DNA from: Patescibacteria group bacterium
Lineage (GTDB): Bacteria > Patescibacteriota > Patescibacteriia > UBA9570 > JAHJKD01
Direction: 5' to 3'
NCBI GenBank assembly: GCA_043821615.1
Contig: JBDRCS010000047.1
Span: 1 to 52,286 of the forward strand
Length of the DNA: 52,286 bases
Below, piece after piece: positions 8,155 through 16,980 of the stretch. The first letter of the stretch is position 1, and every line of letters begins with the position of its first letter. Position numbers and translations under genes: made by a program. The notes below the pieces were generated by a model that saw only the letters and a program-made list of their open reading frames with translations, did not search any database and had not been told where the DNA came from.

Positions 8155-9780
8155 ATGAAAAAAATGCAGTGCCAAGAATGTCAAAAGACTTTCACTATCA
8201 CGAACCAGGATGAGGAGTTTTTTAAAAAGATAAAGATTCCCATTCCTAGGCAATGCCCCGACTGCCGCCAGCAGCGTCGGCTTGCTTGGCGCAATGAAAG
8301 ATTTCTCTATAAAAGGAATTGCGATTTCTGCAATAAAGAGATGATTTCACTTTATTCAGCTGATAGTAAATATAAAATTTATTGCAAAGATTGCTGGTGG
8401 AGTGACAAATTGGATGCCTTAGAATATGGAATTGATTTTAATTTAAAAGAAGATTTTTTTAATCAATTCAATAATTTACTACTGAAAGTCCCAAGATTAG
8501 GTTTTATTGTTTCTCATGGGGAAAATAGTGATTATTGTACATATTCCGTGTATTATAAAAATTCTTATTTATGTATCAGCGGAGTCGTCGGTGAGAATAT
8601 TTTATATAGTTATTGGGTAAATGATTCAACAGATTGTTGCGATTGCGCCACTTCTTATAAACTAGAGAAATGCTATGAATGTTTAGATTGCAATAATCTT
8701 TTTCATTCATTATTTTGTAAAGACTGTGAAAATTCTTCATATCTAAATTTTTGCACTGATTGTTTAGGATGTAATAATTGTATTGGCTGCATCGGGCTTC
8801 GACATAAAGATAATTATATTTTTAATAAACCGGTTAAAAAAGATGAATATCATAAATATTTAATCAAAATATTATCTAGTCGTACGACGATTAATGCATT
8901 TTTAAAAAAAACAGATAATTTTTTCAAAAAAAATCCATATATATTTAATATAATTCAGGATTCAGAAAATTGTACGGGAAATTATATTTATAATTCTAAA
9001 AATTCACAAAATTGTTTTGATGGAATCAATTTAGAAAATTGCAGGAATTGTTGGAACATTCCTCAAGGGTCAAAAGAATCTTATGATATAAATTATTCTC
9101 CAAAAACTGAATTATGTTATAACAGCATGAGCGTTGTTAATGGAAATAATGTTTATAATTCCTGGAATTCTTGGGATGATCAATTATGCAAATATTGCAT
9201 TGATTGTTTTTATTCAAGAAATTTATTTGGTTGTATTGGGTTGAAACATGAAGAAAACTGCATTTTAAATAAAAAATATTCCGAATCAGACTATAAAAAA
9301 ATAAAAACAAAAATAATTAAAGAAATGAAAAAGTACGGAGAATTTTTTCCTGGAAGCATTTCTCCTTTTGCCTACAACGAAACCATTGCTCAGGATTTTT
9401 TTCCTTTAAAAAAAGAACAGGCAGAAACAAGAGGATGGAAATGGAAAGAGACCATCTCTGATTCAGTTCATGATTCAGTAATTCGTCAAAAAAATACAAA
9501 AAAATGTACCGATTGTGGCAAAGTGTTCAAATACATTCAGCAAGAATTAGATTTTTACGAAGATATGGGATTGCCTAAGCCAAACAAGTGTTTTTCCTGC
9601 CGCCATTTAGATCGTTTAAAATTAAGGAATCCCAATAAACTCTGGCACCGCCAATGCATGTGTACCCAGCCGGATCACGGCCACGACGGCCAGTGCAAAA
9701 ATGAATTTGAGACCACATACTCACCAGAGAGGAAGGAACTTATTTATTGTGAGGAGTGTTATAAAAAGGAAATTTATTAA
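8155..9780 (+). CDS. Cysteine-rich multi-zinc-ribbon protein, paralog 4
   Basis: 541-aa ORF with the family architecture. The C-terminal 42 residues are nearly identical to paralog 3, but the codons carry many synonymous differences. Confidence 0.85.
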   Translation: MKKMQCQECQKTFTITNQDEEFFKKIKIPIPRQCPDCRQQRRLAWRNERFLYKRNCDFCNKEMISLYSADSKYKIYCKDCWWSDKLDALEYGIDFNLKEDFFNQFNNLLLKVPRLGFIVSHGENSDYCTYSVYYKNSYLCISGVVGENILYSYWVNDSTDCCDCATSYKLEKCYECLDCNNLFHSLFCKDCENSSYLNFCTDCLGCNNCIGCIGLRHKDNYIFNKPVKKDEYHKYLIKILSSRTTINAFLKKTDNFFKKNPYIFNIIQDSENCTGNYIYNSKNSQNCFDGINLENCRNCWNIPQGSKESYDINYSPKTELCYNSMSVVNGNNVYNSWNSWDDQLCKYCIDCFYSRNLFGCIGLKHEENCILNKKYSESDYKKIKTKIIKEMKKYGEFFPGSISPFAYNETIAQDFFPLKKEQAETRGWKWKETISDSVHDSVIRQKNTKKCTDCGKVFKYIQQELDFYEDMGLPKPNKCFSCRHLDRLKLRNPNKLWHRQCMCTQPDHGHDGQCKNEFETTYSPERKELIYCEECYKKEIY

Positions 9781-9791
9781 TCTATCATAGC

Positions 9792-9819
9792 GAAGGCGGA
9801 AAATCGATTTTCCGCCTTC
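9792..9819 (+). terminator. Hairpin terminator after paralog 4
   Basis: Perfect 28-nt palindrome GAAGGCGGAAAATCGATTTTCCGCCTTC, with a T-run about 12 nt downstream. Confidence 0.55.
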
Positions 9820-9887
9820 ATAAAACAATTGTTTTTTTTAAATTAATAATATATAATAATCATTAACATTATTATTATCTAATTTAT

Positions 9888-11402
9888 ATGCCAAAAACAT
9901 TACATGAGAATCTAAGTGTGGAAGAACTTGTTAAAAAAGCTCTAGAAAACAAAGAAGGAAAGTTATCAAAAACCAAAGCTTTAGTTGTGGAAACCGGTAA
10001 ATATACCGGCCGTTCGCCTGAGGATAAGTTTATAGTCGACACCCCGTCTGTGCATGATAAAATTGACTGGGGAAAAGTAAATGTGCCTATTTCAAAAGAG
10101 AAATATGACAAATTATTCCGCAAAGTCCAAGACCATTTGGAGAATATGGATGAAGCCTATTATTATCAAGGCGTTCTGGGAGCAGACCCGGAATATGAAA
10201 TGCCCGTGGAAGTTACCTGCGAGTATGCCTATGAAGCTTTGTTTTGCAGATATATGCTGTGCAAGGAATTTAACAAGGACACGCAATACATTTTACCGCA
10301 ATTAAAAATATACTGTCTGCCTTCCTGCCATGCCGACCCTGAAGCAGACGGCGTTAATTCCGAGGCTTTCATTATTCTCAACTTGGAAGAAATGACCGTG
10401 TTAATAGGTGGTAGTAAATATGCCGGCGAGATGAAGAAGTCGATGTTTAGCGTTATGAATTATTTACTGCCCGAGTATAATGTCTTCCCCATGCACTGCT
10501 CAGCCAATATGGGAGAAGATGGAGACACGGCTCTATTTTTCGGTCTCTCAGGAACAGGTAAAACCACATTGTCCGCCGATCCAAATAGAAAATTGATAGG
10601 GGACGACGAACATGGCTGGAGTGAAAACGGCATTTTTAATTTTGAAGGCGGCTGTTATGCCAAGTGCATTGATCTTAAGGAAGAGAACGAACCAGATATT
10701 TACAATGCTATCAGAGATCATGCCTTGCTTGAAAATGTGGTCTTAACCGAAGAAGGAGACATGAAATTTGAAGACTCTTCCCTTACGGAAAACACTCGGG
10801 CTGCTTATCCGCTTTGCTATATCAGAAACATAGTCCCGGAATCAATGGGCGGACATCCCGGTCATGTTGTCTTTTTGGCGGCTGACGCTTTTGGAATACT
10901 GCCGCCGGTGGCCAAATTAGACACAAATGCCGCTCTATATTATTTTCTTTCCGGTTACACTGCTAAATTGGCCGGTACGGAAAGGGGAGTGACTGAACCA
11001 GTCGCCACTTTTTCTACTTGTTTTGGCGCGCCCTTTATGCCGCTTTCTCCGGTGAGGTATGGCGAGCTCTTAGGAGAATACACTCAAAAATATAAAAGTC
11101 AGGTTTACTTAGTAAACACTGGCTGGACAGGGGGCGCTTACGGAACAGGCGAGCGTATTTCCATTAAATTAACCCGACAAATTATCACGGACATTTTATC
11201 AGGCAAAATGGACAAGGCCGAATTTGTTAAAAATGAAAGGTTAAACCTAATGGTCCCAAAGGATATGCAAGATCCTCGTGAAACTTGGGCTGATAAGGAT
11301 GCTTACGACAAACAGTCCCAAGAATTGATCAAATTATTCAAGGACAACTTCAATCAATTTCCAAACGCTCCCAAAGAAGTGGTAGAAGCAGGACCTCAAT
11401 AG
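9888..11402 (+). CDS. pckA: Phosphoenolpyruvate carboxykinase (ATP)
   Basis: 504 aa. Contains the kinase-1a motif GLSGTGKTTLS, plus TGKYTGRSPEDKF and IGDDEHGW, which are typical of ATP-dependent PEPCK. Confidence 0.9.
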   Translation: MPKTLHENLSVEELVKKALENKEGKLSKTKALVVETGKYTGRSPEDKFIVDTPSVHDKIDWGKVNVPISKEKYDKLFRKVQDHLENMDEAYYYQGVLGADPEYEMPVEVTCEYAYEALFCRYMLCKEFNKDTQYILPQLKIYCLPSCHADPEADGVNSEAFIILNLEEMTVLIGGSKYAGEMKKSMFSVMNYLLPEYNVFPMHCSANMGEDGDTALFFGLSGTGKTTLSADPNRKLIGDDEHGWSENGIFNFEGGCYAKCIDLKEENEPDIYNAIRDHALLENVVLTEEGDMKFEDSSLTENTRAAYPLCYIRNIVPESMGGHPGHVVFLAADAFGILPPVAKLDTNAALYYFLSGYTAKLAGTERGVTEPVATFSTCFGAPFMPLSPVRYGELLGEYTQKYKSQVYLVNTGWTGGAYGTGERISIKLTRQIITDILSGKMDKAEFVKNERLNLMVPKDMQDPRETWADKDAYDKQSQELIKLFKDNFNQFPNAPKEVVEAGPQ

Positions 11403-11466
11403 TAGATTTTGGTAATTAGAATTAAAAAATGGTATAATATTTATATCATTTTTTAATATTATTATT

Positions 11467-13257
11467 ATGAAAAAATTTTTATTATTCCCAATTTTAATGC
11501 TTGGGTTTTTATTTTGCTTGCCTGTTATGGCCGCTGACTGGTATGTGGACGGCGATAACGGTAGCGACGCTACAGGCGCCGGCACCGAAGCCACGCCGTA
11601 CGCCACTATTTCTAAAGCAGTGACAATGATGGCCGCCAGCGACACGGTTTATTGCCGTGGTACTGTTACTGATAATGTCAGTCTTCCAGCCGCCTTGTCC
11701 GGGTCTAGCGAAACGCCAACTACTTTCACGGCTTGGGGAGACGACACTTGTAATATTAATGGCAGCAACAATGCTGTCGTCATTGGTTTTGCGAATGGAT
11801 CCAACTATTTTAATATTAATGGTGTTTCAGTGACTAATTTTAGTACAGCAGGAATTTATTCCATTGATCTTTCTAATAGCGAAATTAACGATAATATAAT
11901 ATCTGGATATGGCATTGCGGCTGTGGGAATTTTTCTTGGAGGATCTGATAATATTATTTCCGAGAATGAAGTTTATGGAACGAGCGTGGAAATGTATGGC
12001 ATTTATATTCCCGGATCAAGCAATTTAATCATTGAAAGGAATACATTACATGATTTGGGCGGGTTTGGTATCGGCGTGGAAGGCAACACCACGGACATTA
12101 CGGTTCGCAATAATCTTTTTTACGATATTGGCAGCGACGATGCTTACCCTTTTTCTTCTGGCGTTATCATGCAGGACACAGACGGCGCTACTATTGTCAA
12201 TAACACTTTTTTTAATTTAAATGATGATGTTAATAATCCGGCCGGCATCATCTTTGTCAAAGATTCCGGTACAGCTCAAGATGCATATATTTATAACAAT
12301 ATTTTTCACACCACTGACCGCGGAATTTGGGTAGATAATATTACCTTGCCCACCCTACAGTCTGACTACAACAATTTTTATAATGTCACCACCACCGGAC
12401 GGATTGAGGTGACCGATTATACCACTCTGGCCGACTGGCAAGGAATATCCGGCGCAGATACTAATTCAATTACCAGCGATCCTTTGCTGGCTTCCACCAT
12501 CGCGGGCAGTGAAGACCTGCACCTGACCAATGATTCCCCCTGCATTGATACCGGCTATCTGGTATCTTCCAATACAAACGATTATGACAATGAAACCCGT
12601 CCCTACAATGTAACCGACCGGGGAGCTGATGAACGGCCGGTTCTTTTTTCCGCGCCCATCAGCCTTGGCAACGATTCTAAAGTTAAGCAGGTCACTTTTG
12701 ACTGGCTCATGGATTCTACCTATCCAGTCACTGGCTATACTCTTGAAGTTGGCACAGCTTCAGACCTGGCTGGCAGCACCGAGTACGAACTTGATAACAG
12801 TGCTCAGGGCACGGTCACGGGCCTTAAAGGGGCACGTAAATATTATGCCGCTGCAATGGGCGTTTATACCACGGACTACGCCTCTTATTATTCCGACTAT
12901 TCCGGCACCCTTACTCTCAGCACCAAGCCGGCTCAAGTAAAAAAATTAAAAAATTTAAATACTGTTCATAATTATTCACAGTGGCGCTGGAAAAAGCAGA
13001 AGCGGGTGCGGAATTATGTGATTAAGCTGATGAACAAGAAAGGTAAAAAAATTAAATTAATTCAAATCACAAAGAAAAAGAAATTTGTTCAAGGCAAGAA
13101 AAAAAATGTTAAAAAGATAATTTCCAAATTAAAGTCGGGAAAAACGTATAAAATCAAAATTCGCGCCAAAAAGAAAGTTAATGATATTTGGTACAAGGGT
13201 AAATGGAGCAAGGTAAAAAGGTTTAGCACCCCGTCTGATCCTATTCCAGAAAATTAA
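11467..13257 (+). CDS. Secreted right-handed parallel beta-helix repeat protein with C-terminal Fn3-like and Lys-rich module
   Basis: Signal peptide, then AADWYVDGDNGSDA...ATISKAV...DTVYCRGT (DUF1565/pectate-lyase-like start). Repeated N-x-I/V beta-helix turns follow, then a C-terminal K-rich domain. Confidence 0.7.
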   Translation: MKKFLLFPILMLGFLFCLPVMAADWYVDGDNGSDATGAGTEATPYATISKAVTMMAASDTVYCRGTVTDNVSLPAALSGSSETPTTFTAWGDDTCNINGSNNAVVIGFANGSNYFNINGVSVTNFSTAGIYSIDLSNSEINDNIISGYGIAAVGIFLGGSDNIISENEVYGTSVEMYGIYIPGSSNLIIERNTLHDLGGFGIGVEGNTTDITVRNNLFYDIGSDDAYPFSSGVIMQDTDGATIVNNTFFNLNDDVNNPAGIIFVKDSGTAQDAYIYNNIFHTTDRGIWVDNITLPTLQSDYNNFYNVTTTGRIEVTDYTTLADWQGISGADTNSITSDPLLASTIAGSEDLHLTNDSPCIDTGYLVSSNTNDYDNETRPYNVTDRGADERPVLFSAPISLGNDSKVKQVTFDWLMDSTYPVTGYTLEVGTASDLAGSTEYELDNSAQGTVTGLKGARKYYAAAMGVYTTDYASYYSDYSGTLTLSTKPAQVKKLKNLNTVHNYSQWRWKKQKRVRNYVIKLMNKKGKKIKLIQITKKKKFVQGKKKNVKKIISKLKSGKTYKIKIRAKKKVNDIWYKGKWSKVKRFSTPSDPIPEN

Positions 13258-13267
13258 ATTATAAAAT

Positions 13268-15052
13268 ATGAAAAATTTTTTAATCATTCCATTTTTTTCT
13301 CTCGGGTTATTGTTTGCCATGCCTGCTTTTGCTGCAGACTGGTTTGTGGACGGCGATAATGGCAACGACGCAGTCGGCAATGGTTCGCAAATCGCCCCTT
13401 ATGCTACTGTCACCAAAGCCGTAACCAGCATGGTGGCGTCTGACACTGTTTACTGCCGAGGCACGGTTTCCGACAACAGCATTACTTTACCGGTCGCCAA
13501 GTCCGGTGCAGAAGGTGCGCCCACCACCATTACTGCCTGGGAAGGATATGATTGCACCATTGATGCCGGCAGCAATGATCATATAATTAATGTGGATTCT
13601 GGCGGGTCTTATTTTAAATTTTCTAATCTGATTTTGACCAATGCCAGGGAAACGGCCATTTTGGGGGAATTTTCTCACAGTGAAATCAGCGATAATGTTA
13701 TTTACGGCATTGAAGGCGGAACCCCAGCCTTACCTATCTGGGTGGCATTGACTGACTCTACTATTTCCGGGAATTTGATATATGGTGATGGTAATGATAA
13801 ATATGGCATTTATTTTCCCGGTTCCCAAAATTTGGTTATTGAAGGCAATATTATCCATGATTTTCTTCAGTGGGGCATAGGCGCTGATATCAGCTATGGT
13901 GGAATCACCATAAAAAATAATTTTATTTATAATATCGGCGGTGATGATACTTTCACCTATCCCTCAGGCGTTCTTTTGCTGCAGATGCAAGGGGTGGATA
14001 TTATAAACAACAGTTTTTACGACATTTCCGACGATGTCAATAATTTTGCGGCTATTATACTAGGCAATGCCGTTGCGCCCCCGGAAGCAGCCAACATTCT
14101 AAACAATGTTGTCCAAAAGGCCGATTACGGAATCATGGCCAACTCAGCTGGCCTTACTGGTGCCAATATCAATTACAATGATTATTATGAGGTTGATAAA
14201 ATTGCCATTGTTGATGCTGTTGACTATGTTTCTCTGGCTGATTGGCAGGCCTCGGCTTTTGGGCCGGACGCCAATTCTCTAAGCAGCGATCCCTTGTTTA
14301 ATTCCATTACCGCCGGCAGTGAAGATTTGCATCTGACTGATCCTTCTCCTTGCATAGACGCCGGCACAAACTTGGACTCTACTACGAACGATATAGACGA
14401 AGAAGACAGGCCTTATCATCTTCTTACTGATATTGGCGCAGATGAGCGCCCGGTGCTGGCCAGCCCGCCGGAATTCTCTGGTAATGAATATCTGGTGAAA
14501 AAAGTGAATTTCAATTGGCTGATGGATTCTGCTTATGCGGTGACGGGATACCGGGTCAGAGTTTCAGAAAATGAAAATTTTTCCAGTCCCAAGAAAAAGA
14601 CGGTTGGGGTTCAAAAACACGGGACAGTTAAAAAATTAAAACCGGCAAAAAAATATTACGGGGCGGTCCGGGCGATTTACACCACCAGCTATGCCACCTA
14701 TATGTCTGATTTTTCCGATACATTGACGCTTAGTACAAAACCGGCACAAGTAAAGAATATCGAACAAATAGATACGGGCCTGGATTATGCCCAATTCCGT
14801 TGGCCCAAGCAAAAGCGGGTCCGAAACTATGCCGTTAAATTAATGAACAGCCATAATAAAAAAATAAGGCTGATCCAAATAAGCAAGAAAAAAAGTTTTG
14901 TGAACGGCCGGTTAAGTCATGTCAAGAAAAAAATTATTAAAAATCTTGATTCAAACACTACCTATAAAATAAAAATCAGAGGCAAAAAGAAAGTAGACGG
15001 CACTTGGTATAAGGGTAAGTGGAGCAAGATTAAAACATTTACAACATTATAA
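13268..15052 (+). CDS. Secreted right-handed parallel beta-helix repeat protein, tandem paralog of 11467-13257
   Basis: Same length class (594 aa), same N-terminal motif AADWFVDGDNGNDA, and the same C-terminal STKPAQVK...WYKGKWSK module. Confidence 0.7.
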   Translation: MKNFLIIPFFSLGLLFAMPAFAADWFVDGDNGNDAVGNGSQIAPYATVTKAVTSMVASDTVYCRGTVSDNSITLPVAKSGAEGAPTTITAWEGYDCTIDAGSNDHIINVDSGGSYFKFSNLILTNARETAILGEFSHSEISDNVIYGIEGGTPALPIWVALTDSTISGNLIYGDGNDKYGIYFPGSQNLVIEGNIIHDFLQWGIGADISYGGITIKNNFIYNIGGDDTFTYPSGVLLLQMQGVDIINNSFYDISDDVNNFAAIILGNAVAPPEAANILNNVVQKADYGIMANSAGLTGANINYNDYYEVDKIAIVDAVDYVSLADWQASAFGPDANSLSSDPLFNSITAGSEDLHLTDPSPCIDAGTNLDSTTNDIDEEDRPYHLLTDIGADERPVLASPPEFSGNEYLVKKVNFNWLMDSAYAVTGYRVRVSENENFSSPKKKTVGVQKHGTVKKLKPAKKYYGAVRAIYTTSYATYMSDFSDTLTLSTKPAQVKNIEQIDTGLDYAQFRWPKQKRVRNYAVKLMNSHNKKIRLIQISKKKSFVNGRLSHVKKKIIKNLDSNTTYKIKIRGKKKVDGTWYKGKWSKIKTFTTL

Positions 15053-15070
15053 AAAAACTGTTAATAACTA

Positions 15071-15111
15071 AGAGTGATGTAAAAAATTAGTTTACATCAC
15101 TCTTTTTTTTC
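15071..15111 (+). terminator. Intrinsic terminator
   Basis: AGAGTGATGTAAA-aaattag-TTTACATCACTCT followed by T8. Confidence 0.75.
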
Positions 15112-15164
15112 TGCGCTAACTATAGCGCCATTTTTGCTTGCCTAGGAAAAACGTAAAATCCAAT

Positions 15165-15199
15165 TTGACCAAAAATTTGTATATCTATAGGATTAATTA
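15165..15199 (+). promoter_or_regulatory. Promoter abutting the start codon (predicted leaderless)
   Basis: TTGACC (15165-15170), 17-nt spacer, TAGGAT (15188-15193), then 6 nt to the ATG at 15200. Confidence 0.4.
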
Positions 15200-16894
15200 A
15201 TGGTTACAAACCAATGCCAACAATGCCAAAAAACATTTAAGATCTCAGAATCAGATCAAGAGCTTTATAATAGATTAGAACTACCTTTGCCAACTTATTG
15301 TCCAGATTGTCGTTGTCAGCGCAGAATGGCAGTACGCAACGAAAAACATATGTATCCGACCAAATGTGAAATGTGCCAAAAAGACATAGTGAGCTTGTAT
15401 TCACCAAACCTGCCTGCCGGCAAGGCAGGTAAAAAACTCACTGTTTATTGTAATGATTGCTGGTTTGCAGATAAATGGGAGGCGCAAGACTACGCGAGAG
15501 AATATAAAGAGGGTCAATCATTTTTCAAACAATTTCAGCAACTTCAAAAGTCTATTCCTCGGCCAAATGTCATGAAGGCTGGCGGTAATATTGAAAACAG
15601 TGATTACTGTGCTTATATTGGCGATGCTAAGAATTGTTATTTAGTATACGGATCAATCCATGTTGAGGATTGTTATTACGGCAACCCCTATTATTGCAAG
15701 AATTGTGTTGATTCTCTTCTCATTCGCGATTGTGAACTTTGTTATGAATGTGTGACCTCAGAACATCTTTTTAATTGTCTTTATTGCCAAGATTGTTTTG
15801 ATTCCAATAATCTAATGTTTTGTTATGATTGCAAGGGCTGTACTGAGTGTATAGGTTGTACAAACCTAAGAAATAATCAATATAATATTTTTAATAAACA
15901 ATATACAAAAGAGGAGTATGAAAAAGAGAAAGCCAGAATAAATTTATGCAATCCGGAAAGTTACAAAAGAGTTAATAGTAATTTTGAAAAACAAAAAATA
16001 AAATCCATCAGAAAATATATGATTGGAGTTAAGAATGAAAACGTCACGGGAAATTACATTAATGAATCAAAAAGTTCTCATTTTTGTTTTGATGTAAAAA
16101 GAGTTGATCACACAAATTATTCTTCGCAAGTGATTGATTTGAAAGATTGTCTAGATAATAATTATACGGAAGAGAATGAATTATGTATTGATTATATTGG
16201 TTCTTGGAAAAATAATCGTTGTCATTATTCTAATACCTGTTATCAATGTAATGATGTAATGTATTCTGAGCTTTGTTATTCATCAAAAAATCTTTTTGGT
16301 TGTGTGAGTTTGAAAAATAAAGAATATTGCATTTTAAATAAACAATACTCTCCGGAAGAATATAAAAAACTGAAAAATAAAATAATGGAAGACATGAAGA
16401 AAGCCGGGGATTGGGGAGAATTTTTCCCAATAAAGAAATCAATTTTTGCATATAATGAGACGGTCGCAAATGAATATTTTCCAGAAAAACAAGAAACAGT
16501 CTTAAGTAAAGGCTGGAGATGGCATGAAGATAAAGAAAAAGAGAAACAGCTTCAAACTTGTAGAATTCCACAAAGCATTGATAAAATCCCGGATTCTATT
16601 ATTCATGAATTTCTTATTTGCTCTCAATGTGGAGAAAATTACAAAATAATAAAAGCAGAACTAGAGTTTTATAGGCAACAGAAATTACCAATTCCTAAAA
16701 TTTGTAACATCTGCCGACATAAAAATAGGATGAAATTAAGGACGCCTAGAGCCCTGTGGCACCGCCAATGCATGTGTACTCAAAAAGATCATAGTCATGA
16801 TGGTAGGTGTTCTAATGAATTCGAAACCGCCTACAACCCTAATGAAAAAGAGATGGTCTATTGCGAAGACTGTTATAATAAGGAAATATATTGA
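15200..16894 (+). CDS. Cysteine-rich multi-zinc-ribbon protein, paralog 5
   Basis: 564-aa ORF with the family architecture. It carries a 7-aa insertion (NLPAGKAGKK) encoded by a GC-rich palindrome. Confidence 0.85.
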   Translation: MVTNQCQQCQKTFKISESDQELYNRLELPLPTYCPDCRCQRRMAVRNEKHMYPTKCEMCQKDIVSLYSPNLPAGKAGKKLTVYCNDCWFADKWEAQDYAREYKEGQSFFKQFQQLQKSIPRPNVMKAGGNIENSDYCAYIGDAKNCYLVYGSIHVEDCYYGNPYYCKNCVDSLLIRDCELCYECVTSEHLFNCLYCQDCFDSNNLMFCYDCKGCTECIGCTNLRNNQYNIFNKQYTKEEYEKEKARINLCNPESYKRVNSNFEKQKIKSIRKYMIGVKNENVTGNYINESKSSHFCFDVKRVDHTNYSSQVIDLKDCLDNNYTEENELCIDYIGSWKNNRCHYSNTCYQCNDVMYSELCYSSKNLFGCVSLKNKEYCILNKQYSPEEYKKLKNKIMEDMKKAGDWGEFFPIKKSIFAYNETVANEYFPEKQETVLSKGWRWHEDKEKEKQLQTCRIPQSIDKIPDSIIHEFLICSQCGENYKIIKAELEFYRQQKLPIPKICNICRHKNRMKLRTPRALWHRQCMCTQKDHSHDGRCSNEFETAYNPNEKEMVYCEDCYNKEIY

Positions 16895-16980
16895 AAATCC
16901 TGAGTGTTTCAAGTGAAACGAGAAATGTATCGAAGGATAAATCTGTGCTATAATATAATCAAGAAAAATAATAGATAAAC

